Assembly (NCBI RefSeq): GCF_052425735.1
Contig: NC_135764.1
Coordinates: 18,786,001 to 18,850,000 of the forward strand
Direction: 5' to 3'
Origin: Oculina patagonica
Taxonomy: Eukaryota
Length of the DNA stretch: 64,000 bases
Positions 23,901-46,922 of the stretch are shown in pieces. The translations under genes were made by a program, and so were the position numbers. The notes beneath the pieces were generated by a model that ran no database searches, was not told the origin of the DNA, and saw nothing but the letters and a program-made list of their open reading frames with translations. Each line of letters begins with the position of its first letter. Positions within the stretch are counted from its first letter, which is position 1.

Positions 23901-26589
23901 TTGTCGAGTTTTGGGAAAGATTTCGTATAACCTGCGTAGCAGAGCGTCGAAAGGGGAGGGAGGGGGAGTTGGGAAGAGGGAGAGAAAGAGAAAAAAAAAC
24001 GGAGGGGGAGTGGGGACGTTCCCTCTTCCCCCCTTCCCCTTCTTCCCCCCTCTCCCTTTCCCTCCCCTTTTTACGCCTGCCACGCAGGCTAGATTTCGTA
24101 GGGTTATAGCGCACATTGGAGGCTAAAATTTTGGTGAATAACATATCTTTGTATAAACTTTTTATTGGCGTAAAGAAAATAAATGGCCATTCTGGAGTGA
24201 ACTTCTCCTTTAAGCCACCAGAAAGATCATTACAGTATCTTTTACAAGGACACGGAGGTTCAGCTTATTTTATCTAGTTTTATCAATTTCAATTTGGAAC
24301 GTCGGCATTTACACACGCAGTTTGAGTGGTTTTCGCGCGAATACTTTCAGTTTACTGTACTTAAATGACACCTGGTACGCATGGACATGTTGGCCAGTAA
24401 GAGTTTGGCAATCACGTGCAATGGACCAGTTATAACTTGCAACTCATCTTTTATGCCCAGAATTGAACATTTTTAAAAAGGTTTTATTATTTGGCAGTGA
24501 AATAAACACCGACGCTTTCTCCAAGGAAATATTTTAGTTACATAAACCCTATGGAAGATTCTTTGGGATATTCCACAACCACCACTTATGGTCCACTTCT
24601 TTTTCTATGTTTACAGAGTCAAATGAAAGATATTTTACAAATGGACGCCTCGAGAGAACAGTCGACTCCGATAGCTGTTCTAACAAGTATGACTCCAACT
24701 GAGAGATGCCAGGAAGAACAACGCCTAAAGTGCCTCAGCGAACGAAACATCACTAATCTCTCGCTTGTCCGCGATGCCCTCTTTGTCGTCGCGCTGGACC
24801 CTGACGAATATCCACAAACAGCAAACGAAGCCATGTTCGCGCTTCATTCGGGAAACTTCGTAAACCGCTGGTATGACAAGAGCGTGCAGCTGGTTGTGTT
24901 CGGCAACGGTGTGGCGGGATTCGTTAATAACTATTTAGCAGGAATGACAGGAACAGTCGGGACAAACTTTGTGCGGATTGCTGTGAGAAATGAAAGGCTA
25001 TACCAAGAGAAGACGGTTAGCGGTAAGTAGTTGTGTAGAGAAAACAGAAACGAGACAAAAAAGAAAAAGAAAAATGGATCAGAAACTGTTACTTATGAGT
25101 GATCGAAAGAAAGAAAGGAAGAACTGATGAATTAATGAAAAATGAATGAATTTATTAATGAGTGAATGAGTGAATGAACAAGTGGTGGAATAAATGAATA
25201 AACAACACTGAGAACATGGCAAAAACTGATATAAAAGAGCGATCGTTGAAAAAAGTTTAAAATTGGTTTAAAACTGATTTTTCTTGTGTAAGTACATCCA
25301 TCTTAGATCAAATGATCATTTGCGAACTACTTAGTTGTAAAATGTCAAATGTTATTTTCACTTTCAAATATTTGATTAGATGATGAAGACAAGATCTGGC
25401 CAGAACCCTTTGCTATCAGCTGGGATGACAGTGCAGACGGATATTTCAAACAGAAGATTAACAGTGTAATCAATACCAGTCGAACATCTGGGCCCTTTAA
25501 GCCGCTGTCTCAAGACGTGTTTAAAATCTGGTCTGGCTCCAGTTTTGAGGAGATGTGTAAGGCGCATCAGGTTACCCCAGGTGGTGCCTTCCAAGCTGGA
25601 CTGCAGCTGGCGCTCGCCAAGATTGCTGGGAGATGTATGAGTGTAAATGAAGTGGTCAGCATAAGGTGAGACTTAATATAAGAAGTGGAAACTATGTTTG
25701 GAAAGGTTTTATAATAATGAAAAACGTAGTCCTAGTTTATCAAAGCCCGTTAGCTAAATGACTTAAAGTTTTCTTCCTTGTTTGCTTACAGCGGGCCTTG
25801 CTGTAAAATAACTGATTTTCATCAACTCATTTCTTTAGTTACACAAGTTTTCAGAGCTTTATTTTCCAGCCGCGTGCGATGTACGATCATTCTTTTCTAG
25901 TTCTTTTTTAAAATATTCCTCGACGTTTTTATTTTAGGATAGGTACTCAGTTTTCTTTATCTACAACATTTGATTCAACGTTTTTCTCTTCCAGGCACCT
26001 TCGGTTTGGCGGAATGACATTAATGGATAGCAGCATGGCGGACATGACGAAATTCGTCGAAGAAGCCAGCAAACCAGCACAACACAGCATTCAAGACATA
26101 AGTGAGCAGGAACGTTCGGTACTGAAAGCTCTGTTGAAGAAAGCAATTCACAGCTACAAAGACGAGGTCCTGCGTTATAAGAACGGTGAAATCAATCTGT
26201 GGCATCTAGACTCTCTTTATAGAAATCTTGGTCTGGCTAATCGTCTTCCGTTCCGAAAAACTCCACAATTTGAACTGAAGAGGAGTTTAAAAGAAGTTGT
26301 ACTGGGATATCTTAGAGCACCTAAATTCAATATACTGCCGCCCCAGGTCGCCGAAAACGTGACATCCAATCCCTGCTGGTATCCTGAAATCGAAGCTATC
26401 GGGAGGCCTGGGGTCAAGTGCATACTGCCACCAACCTCAATGGCGCTGCATTACATGTTTGGGAGAAATGCGATTTCCATCACAGTGAATGCAAATCCTG
26501 ATCATCCTTGTTATAAAAACGAGGAGGAATTTGTCAAGGTACTCGAGAAGTGTTTGCAGTTCGTCACAGCTTTGCTTGATTCAAAATAA
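20944..26589 (+). CDS. Choline/carnitine O-acyltransferase-family protein with divergent active site, ~730 aa, 6 exons (20944-21090, 22039-22253, 22854-23397, 24617-25022, 25380-25665, 25995-26589)
   Basis: Family motifs LPIPDPPPL, PLSMQWYNYIFS, SRHIIVMMRGNMYK, ALFVVALD, NRWYDKSVQLVVFGNG, FQAGLQLA. Phases are consistent (2193 nt). Exon 1 requires a GC donor (AAG|gcaagc) and is the least certain part. Confidence 0.85.
23418..24209. mobile_element. TTAA-flanked MITE (Kolobok-like) with long inverted arms and a nested insertion at about 23929-24091
   Basis: TTAA|aggagaagttcactccagaatgg ... ccattctggagtgaacttctcct|TTAA. The arms match for about 190 bp apart from the nested piece. Confidence 0.8.
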
Positions 26590-27385
26590 TAATAATGGTG
26601 ACGAAAACAGTGACACTTACAACAGTAAACTGCCACCTATTGCTTTGAAAAAAGTTTGAGCAGTTGTTTAGTTGAGTGTCAAAATTAATTTGCATTTGCT
26701 TTGATTTTGCATTACTACGCTTAGTGATCAGTTTGACCCCCGACACTTTCTCATCCAATCAGAAGTACAGCCAATCGTGACGTGTACGCTGCATGTAGTA
26801 CATGCTGCATGCATGTATCGATTCTGGTATTTACATATTAACATGTAAGGTGTTATTTGAAGCTATTTTTCGCTATTTTTTTTTCTGAGGGAGTAAACTA
26901 TTGGGAAGTACAGTCTTTCTTTTTAAAATTAATAATGACACTTCCATAATATGTTCATGCGCGCGCAAATAAAATCGTTGCTACTTCGCTTTTTTCGGTA
27001 TCTACGTCTTTGATAAAAGTCATGGTACGTTCTTTCAAATGTCTAGTGACTTATAGAACCCTCGCCTGCGGCTTAGGTATCCCCCTAACTGGGTTTTCTC
27101 TATTTCATCACGAGAAAGAAGTGACCTGAAGATTATGCAGAGGCTGTCAGAGGTAATACAAAGACATGGAAACGCAAGCTCTACTCATGTCTACTTCTTA
27201 CGTACTTGATCTAGTGAGGACAAATAAAACTGAAAACAGGCTACCGATCAATTTTACTGATTAAATTGGAAAAAGCCAGTACGTAGCTCAAAAATCGAGA
27301 GTCGCGATTTTTTGCATTTGATGCCCCAAATGTAAGTGTGATAATGTCAATAAATTTTATTTTGAATACTCGGTGCTTAACATCT

Positions 27386-27467
27386 GCTGTGATGGCCGAG
27401 TGGTTAAGGCGTTGGACTTGAAATCCAATGGGGTTTCCCCGCGCAGGTTCGAATCCTGCTCGCAGCG
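27386..27467 (+). tRNA. tRNA-Ser, anticodon UGA
   Basis: 82 nt. Acceptor stem GCTGTGA/TCGCAGC, D-arm TGGCCGAGTGGTTAAGGC, anticodon arm TTGGA-CTTGAAA-TCCAA, long variable arm GGGG-TTT-CCCC, T-loop GGTTCGAATCC, discriminator G. Confidence 0.97.
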
Positions 27468-28168
27468 TCAGCTTTGGTTCGTTTTTGTAACAAACCATGG
27501 ATTATTGGTATCTATGAACAAACTTATACGTAGCAATATATAAATAAAGAACCATGCACGAGGGGAATTCTGTGTAAAGCCTGGTTGGGACTTCGTCTTC
27601 TTATCCGGCCTTCACTTGGCGTAAATATAAGCACTTTTCTAGGAGCCGTATCGGAGATGACAAAACTTTTGTTCCACAGTGGATTAGTTCTTTCAGAAGT
27701 ACATGATCTAGTTCTTTCCCCAACAACTTTCGTTACACTGTGCGTTGCTTTGAAGCTTTCAAATAGAATAGACTTTCCGGAATACAGAAAAAAAAAAGAA
27801 AAAAAAAGATAATTATAATGTTTAACTTAATTAATAAACAAAAAATGTACGAGGCGAAGTTTAATTCGCGCGACACGAAACAGAAAGGTTCAGAACAGGC
27901 ACTAAATCCACGAAAAACAATTATTAAGTTCCTGTTCCTTTTATTTTTTAAGCAAAACAAGAGATTCCAAAGGTATAAAACAAAAAAACGGAAATTCCGA
28001 AGGAGACAGGGCAGTGCCTTTGTAGACCGGTCCTCTGTTCCCCTTTCCGGTCTCGTTTCCCGATTCCTCCTCTTCCTTGTCAGCAGCTGTGTCTGTCACG
28101 CAACGTGACGCTGGGGGAACAGTGGAGACGACCCGCTTGGACCGTATTTTAAAATCCAAGTTTGGACA

Positions 28169-28891
28169 ATGAAGATCATTTGTAATGGCGTTGGAAAAAC
28201 TGGTAGCAAATCAATCACCAAAGCTCTTCGCAATCTTGGATTTACGGTGTTTGACTGGGAAGAACAAACCTTTGACTTTCTGGATCACTGGGTCGATGTT
28301 TTCCAAAATGGCGTCAAGCCAGATGTCAAGCGAGTTTATCAGAATGCTGATGCAGCCGTGGGTCACCCTGCAAACTTCTTTTTCGAGGAAATTCTTGAAG
28401 CTTTTCCTGACTGTAAAGTTATTCTGAGTGTAAGAGAAGAAGATTCGTGGGTAAAAAGTGCTGCGAATCAAATAGAAACGACATATGCTCAACGATATCA
28501 TAAGATGTCCTTGTTATCTCCAACAGCAAGAAAGATGTATTATGTCTTGGATAGTTGTATTGACGCTGTTTTTGGTTCTCGTAATCCCAAATCCACTTAT
28601 GTTTTCAGAAAGAGATATCGTATCCACAATCACCACGTAAAGTCCACCGTTCCTGCTGACAAACTGTTAGTGTATAACGTAAAACAAGGATGGAAACCAT
28701 TGTGTGATTTCTTGGGCTGTGAGGTTCCGACAATACCCTTCCCACATGAAAATATCAAAGCCGAACTAACTTACAAAGCTTTGGAATTAAGTAGAACAGG
28801 CCGGCAGGTTAAACGGGAAATGCAGAGAGGGGTATTGGTGATCATCATGATCATTGCAGCTACATTTATGGCCATTTATTGTCATCATTAA
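28169..28891 (+). CDS. P-loop sulfotransferase-family protein (Sulfotransfer_4-like), intronless, 240 aa, C-terminal membrane anchor
   Basis: KIICNGVGKTGSKS (PAPS-binding loop equivalent), FPDCKVILSVR..DSWVKS, VPADKLLVYNVKQGWKPLCDFLG...PFPHEN, hydrophobic tail. Confidence 0.88.
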   Translation: MKIICNGVGKTGSKSITKALRNLGFTVFDWEEQTFDFLDHWVDVFQNGVKPDVKRVYQNADAAVGHPANFFFEEILEAFPDCKVILSVREEDSWVKSAANQIETTYAQRYHKMSLLSPTARKMYYVLDSCIDAVFGSRNPKSTYVFRKRYRIHNHHVKSTVPADKLLVYNVKQGWKPLCDFLGCEVPTIPFPHENIKAELTYKALELSRTGRQVKREMQRGVLVIIMIIAATFMAIYCHH

Positions 28892-29134
28892 TTAATTATA
28901 CTTGGTACAATCTCAGGGTGCAATATGTATTTTCGTTTGTTTTATATTCACTGTCATATACACCAGAAAAAAAGAGAAGTAGCTGCTTTTTTTGCGCTAA
29001 CAGCTTAAAAAATAATAATATACCGGTAGTATATTTTTCAATCCCATAATCACCTTTCTAGTTTTGATGCATTTCCATTTAGTTTTGGGAGAATCTGGCT
29101 CCGTCATTCTCATCACATGTTAACATGTAGAAAA

Positions 29135-30014
29135 CAGGGGCGGATCCAGGGGGGGGGGGTGGATTGGGTGGCTAGCCACCCCCCTTGATCCACCAGAAAA
29201 ATGAAAATAAACATATTAAAATAGAAAATAAGGACAATGCCTATCCACTTTTCATAGTCAGGCGGCCGTTCAAAGTTAAGGACGGCCATTTTCCAAAATA
29301 CACTGAGGGGATTTTCGACAGCCTGTTTTACGAACGAAAAAAATTAGATTCCTTTTAGCTTTCAAGAGTTGTTTTAGCCTTGCTGGAATGATTTTCCTCC
29401 GCCATTTACTCATTTACATCTTTTTTAGTGAGTTTTCCTGCCGTTTTTTTGGATGGAAGCGATTTCACAAGCAAGCAATGTCGCCAAAGTTGTCCCCAGG
29501 CCACTTTGCCAAGGGTTAAAAATTTCCACGAACGTGGGTGAACAAAAAAAAAACGTATATCTGTTCTTTCCTGTAAAATCGTGGCCTGTCAACTTTAAAT
29601 TTCAATCACTGTTCATTTCATAATTGAGAACTAGACTTTTTCTATGAAATATAACTCAAGGTAAGTTGGGGAAAGAATATTTGGCCAAATTATCAAGGAA
29701 GAACAGTGGTTTATAAAACTTAATTGACAGCTGTATAGAGCTGCTCAGAATCGCGGAAATCACGTCTAAGAGGCTTCCACTTTTCAAATTTTCTGAGGGG
29801 GCATGCCCCCAGACCCCCCTAGGGGGATGGAGCCTATGGCTCCATGAAATATGGGCCTCAGACCCAAAATAATTTGCACTTCCACTTTCAAAAAACTACC
29901 TTTAAAGCCTGAAACCCCCTCCCCCCATAAAAACAACTGGGGCTTGAAAAATATAGTAAACAAAAATATTGGTAAACAGCCACCCCCCTTTGAAAAATCC
30001 TGGATCCGCCCCTG
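29135..30014. mobile_element. Non-autonomous DNA transposon with CAG...CTG termini and 5-bp TSD (hAT-like)
   Basis: gaaaa|caggggcggatccagg ... cctggatccgcccctg|gaaaa. Confidence 0.75.
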
Positions 30015-32197
30015 GAAAATGTGACAGAAATCAATCAATCAATCGATAGATCGATCGATCAATCAAATCAATCAGTCAGTCAGTCATTCACTCAGTCAAT
30101 CAATCCAGTTTACAACCTCTCCTTATGGACATTTTTGGGAGATTTTCATAATGCAGACACCTCTACGTCACAGTTACAAGTCCCAGAGAAACGAGATTTC
30201 ATAGACACGTAAACAAAACTAGAAATTAATAATCAAATGGCAAATTGTAGCCTGCGTCGCAGACGTAACCTAACCCCGGCCAGTAACTAAATCAGGATTT
30301 AGTTTCGTCTACGGCGCAGGCTAGGCAAATTGCTGTGTGTGAACTGTGAAGTTTGTAAACTGTGACCAATCCACCTTCAAGACCAGTGGCGGATCTAGGG
30401 GAGGGGCCCTGGAGGCGGGGGGGGGGACCTTATTTTCAGGGCAATCCAAATTGAACTATTGCTTTGATGAGTTCTATTAGATTCAGGAACAGACATCTTT
30501 ACTTTGTAAATAATTATGAGACAGTGTTTGACCATGCATGCTTGCTCCCGAGAAGTATTGTATATTGGATGTTGCGCTACTAGATAATGCAACTTTTGCT
30601 GAACATTCATTCAACACAGAAATTGTCAGCTACTTTTATTTGTGTTAATTTTTTGACAAATTTCCTGAAAATTTTTAAGACACTCTTGGGAAACGTCATC
30701 GCTTCTGCATGCATTTATTTAAAAGCATGTAGATGACAAGAGAAAAGATGGCTTTATCTGGAAGAACAACTGGTGCTGTTCCAGAATGGAAATTTTATTG
30801 ATTGAGCTCAACCTTTAGTCAAGGGGCAAGTATTAAAGTTATTACTTTTGTAACTTTTATATTGCTTAACCTTTTCACTATCCCTGAAAACACTTTCACT
30901 CACAAATGAAGTATGCACAGAGGCCAAGTGGCCTGAACCACTTAGTCCTTAAGTTCCCCTCCCTTCTGCCTCCAGCATTTATCAGGTTTTCCATAACAAC
31001 TTTTCTGATACCCATTTATACTCCTGGGTGGAATGAGGCACTGTGAAAGTTAAGTGTCTTGCTGAATAAAACAATGGCATTGATCAACACATTAACCACA
31101 AGGCCACCATACCTCTCAAGGAACATTAACCAGTGGATTTTTTTTTTAAGTGCAAGACAGAAGTGGCATTTTGTCAGATGTGACAGCCTGTGGCTAGTGT
31201 TACTGTCAGCATCAAGAGAAATGTGTGTGTGGCAGCCATAGAGGGTGGCATGATCACAATTCTTTCTGTTCACAGTTTCTAATGTTCCATGGTACTGTTA
31301 GACATACTGTACATGTATTTATGCCAGTGCTTTCAAAAATTATTATAAGAACATGTTCGACAGAAAATAAAAACAATGCAGACAACTACCTGAAAAATTA
31401 TTCATGATACATACTTTAGAATCTCTCGCACTACCTGCCCTTTTCTTTATAGCATAATATTATTTATTCTGCGTCATGAAGAATACAGCCAATCATGTAC
31501 CGTATTTGATTTTGGTTTCCTGGTAATTGTTGCAAGTTTTCATAGATTAGTTTGGTAAATCAAATTATATAATCTAAACTCTGTATCTGTGCCCCCCCCC
31601 CCAAAAAAAAAAAAAAAAAAAGAAAATTCCACAACTTTGGAAATGTTCAGAAAATGATAGTAAAAGATATCCTGATTTCTAACTTCAGAAAGCAGTTGGA
31701 AACCTTCAGCCAATTTCCATAAAGTACACTATAGCAAAGTTATTTCAAAATGAAGCATGGAATAAAAATAGGTACTGGGCTTCAATCAGAGCTGGCACCT
31801 GACAGAGCTCTGGCAGGAATTTCGTCATGATTTGCCAGTTAAAATTCATGCAGCTTTCTATATAGGATAAAGTCACCTGCTTGAAAATCTCATCAAAAGC
31901 GCTGAGGTACATAATGCTTTTACCTGTCACTAGCTTAATTGTTTTTTTGTAATGCCCAATGGCTCATGAAAATAATTGAAAAAATCAAGTCAGTCCTGGC
32001 ATATTTCATGCTTTACCAAATGAAAGCATTGCACAATCACAATAAGAATAATATTCATTTTACCAAAAATATACCGGTAGTAAAATAAGTACAACAGCAA
32101 CAAGTCAAGTATCTCTGCACTACCTAGGTACCACATTAAATAATGAAAGAAAACTAAACTAGTAAAATTATAACAGAAACTATGTTTTCAATAGTTC

Positions 32198-33406
32198 TTA
32201 GATACGTGGCAGCTTTCTAAAGTACTCTAAGGCATCAGCTGCATGTTTGACGCCGATGTTTAGTACTGGATGTACAGGACATAGTTTATTCTTCTGTCCA
32301 CCAACTAATGTTAGCTTGGTTTGATGCTTGTTGACAAAGTGCTGAGCCACAGATAACCCACTAAGACAATAACAGGTGTGATAAAAGTCGCGGGATTTCC
32401 CAGGTTTGTCTACGAGTCCTCCGTGATGAAGTTGACAATTTATTAACAGATAATCTTGAAGGGCTACTTGATCAAACATCCATTTCTCATTACTCAGTAG
32501 ATTTCCATCACCATTGGCGTCAAAGACAGTATGAAGCAAAGGGAACACTCCTCCTTGCCAAAACGAGTAGCAGCCATCAACCAGTTTGTTTGTTCTTCCT
32601 TGGAATCCTCCCTCCAAACGCATCTGGCGACTAGCCACCCACCTAAGAAGACGCTTGTTGTCAATCATGTTGTGTTTCCCTAGCAACACCAGTGCAGCAT
32701 AGCCACAGAATGTATAACCCCCATGGGCTTCCAATCCAGGTTCACCTGAAAATCCACCCTCATAGGTCTGGCATTTAGCAATCCACTCTGCTGTACCCTC
32801 AAACAACTCTGGCGTCATGACATTTGTCAGATGCGCTGCAACAACTGCACAATAAGCACCTCGGATGTCCACCTCGCCATCACGATGCATTGTGAATGCA
32901 CCTTCTGAAGTGCGACAACTTGCTAAGAATGACTTGAGCTTGGCCCTGTCGATGACGTCATATGCTTCATTAGTTCCCAGGATGCACAGCGCGCAAACTG
33001 CAGCATAAGTGGGGGCAAGGTGTGGAATTTGTTGGGGACCCCCTGCAAAGCCGCCTAAAGGATCTTGACAGCGTTTCAAAAAGTCAGCAGTTTGCGAGTA
33101 TTCTTCTGGAGCTATTTGTGCATTTAGTATTTCTAGTCCATGCAAAATCCAGTAACACAGCCAAGGCCTACTAGCGTCCAGACATTCGTACGCTTCTGAC
33201 AAGTGATGCAAGCCTCGCTTGAGGTACTGTACATGCATCTGGCGGAACAAAGGCACTTCTGGATCTAGACTGGAGACCCGCAAGTACGCAGAATAATTTC
33301 TCGCCACTGAATTCTCAACTTTTTCTTGCTCTTCAGAAGTCAATGTTGAAAGACCGTCATCTTTAAAGCGTAGATCGTCCATCTGCTTCACGGAATGGTA
33401 CGCCAT
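32198..33406 (-). CDS. FNTB: Protein farnesyltransferase beta subunit, intronless, 402 aa
   Basis: LDASRPWLCYWILH, GEVDIRGAYCA, EAHGGYTFCG, GRTNKLVDGCYSFWQ, DKPGKSRDFYHTCYCLSGLS. Confidence 0.97.
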   Translation of the reverse strand: MAYHSVKQMDDLRFKDDGLSTLTSEEQEKVENSVARNYSAYLRVSSLDPEVPLFRQMHVQYLKRGLHHLSEAYECLDASRPWLCYWILHGLEILNAQIAPEEYSQTADFLKRCQDPLGGFAGGPQQIPHLAPTYAAVCALCILGTNEAYDVIDRAKLKSFLASCRTSEGAFTMHRDGEVDIRGAYCAVVAAHLTNVMTPELFEGTAEWIAKCQTYEGGFSGEPGLEAHGGYTFCGYAALVLLGKHNMIDNKRLLRWVASRQMRLEGGFQGRTNKLVDGCYSFWQGGVFPLLHTVFDANGDGNLLSNEKWMFDQVALQDYLLINCQLHHGGLVDKPGKSRDFYHTCYCLSGLSVAQHFVNKHQTKLTLVGGQKNKLCPVHPVLNIGVKHAADALEYFRKLPRI

Positions 33407-33617
33407 TTTTCTGTAAGGCGAGCGCGAGCCAGGTGCTAGATACCAGACTTCTCACGGTAGGAATGAGTCGTCTTTGTGACATCATATGCATAGCCATATT
33501 TGGACTGTAAGACAACACTCACTTCCAGACGCGCGCAGTTTGCATCACCTGAAAAAATCGACTGTCCTTCTTCGACCGACCTTGTATTTCAGGCTAGGTG
33601 TATTTAACTCACAGAGA

Positions 33618-45750
<12,133 letters not shown>

Positions 45751-46922
45751 GATCAGCCTGATAATTTTTTTGTCACCACGGGCACCCTTGTGAACATTGT
45801 TGAAACTTTTAAGGACAGGGTAATGCAAGTAGTACAACAATGTTGTCAGCCTTAGCTTGTTGATGATGTTCTGTTCCAACAAGTGTGACTACTATTTTTG
45901 GCAGGTATATAAAAGGACTATACAATATTATATTATTAAATAGTAAATAAAATATGATTCTATATGAATGATAAAATTAATGTTGCATGTATTGATTTGC
46001 AAATGTTTTCCATGTGTCCAGTTATTAAACTACTCAGGAGAACCCTTTGCACTCAATCTAGCAAATAAAAAAAAAAACGTTGGGATTAACTATTAGTTGA
46101 TGTTGCTTTTCTTATGTTTTGTTCAGATTTTAGTATTAATTTTGAACATGAAGTGCTTCGTGATACTAAAATTAATGCAAAACAGGAAATAAAGAGTTAG
46201 GAAATAAATATTTTAAGGCATACATGCCCTCATTGGTTTTGTATAGTAATTTATATCTTACAGTATATTATTGAATTGCTACAACAAATTAATTAATTTC
46301 ACATCAGTTCAAAATTTATGTAAATTAAACAAATAAGAAATTAATATATCATTTTTTTATTAATTTTAAGGCCACAAAATTCTGAAATAATAATTAGATT
46401 ATCTTGACTATAAGAAGAGTTAAACTGTCAAGACAGTGAGACTACATGTAACAGTTTGACAGTGGTTACAAAAAGGTAAATACAGTCCACTGATACTGTT
46501 TAAGTCAATTGTGTTAACTTGTCCTGGACAAGAATTTAACCAACAATAATTTTTCAACTTGATTGCATGCATTTTTTGCACGAAATTTTAATGTCTTTGC
46601 AAGGTACAGGCACAGTTTATTTTTTCTTAGTTTTATTGTTGTAATATTCACTAAATGGAAAACTGTTTTAATATCTTTCTCTGGCAATTGAGTGCAAGGT
46701 CTGTGCTTGGAGAAAAACAGTCCTGGGTCTTGACGGTATGGATGTAGCGCAGCAAGTTTTCTACAGAAAAGACCAAGGGCCAATATTTTCTCAGTAAGGT
46801 TCTAAGTAAGCTTGGTTAGTAAGAGGGTTATTACAGGATTTTTTTTTAAAAAAGAGTTCTAGAAACTTGACCCAGTCCAATACTTAGAGAATATTGGCTG
46901 CTTGGTAGTAATTCTTAGGGTA

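Noticed and set aside
23842-24144. Low-complexity ORFs on both strands
   Set aside because: They fall inside a nested MITE with purine and pyrimidine tracts.
27241-27498. 85-aa minus-strand ORF
   Set aside because: Antisense to the tRNA-Ser gene; not a protein.
1606-28891. Complete gliotoxin/ETP pathway
   Set aside because: No GST, gamma-glutamyl cyclotransferase, dipeptidase, C-S lyase or dithiol oxidase in the window. Only the P450 resembles that pathway.
1606-28891. Microbial or symbiont contamination
   Set aside because: The genes have spliceosomal introns, one intronic transposon family is shared with the adjacent animal gene region, and the sequence is contiguous with FNTB and TMEM245.
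32198-33406. FNTB as a cluster prenyltransferase for the DKP
   Set aside because: It is a conserved protein farnesyltransferase beta subunit, not an aromatic (DMATS/ABBA) prenyltransferase, and it is paired with TMEM245. Treated as the cluster boundary.
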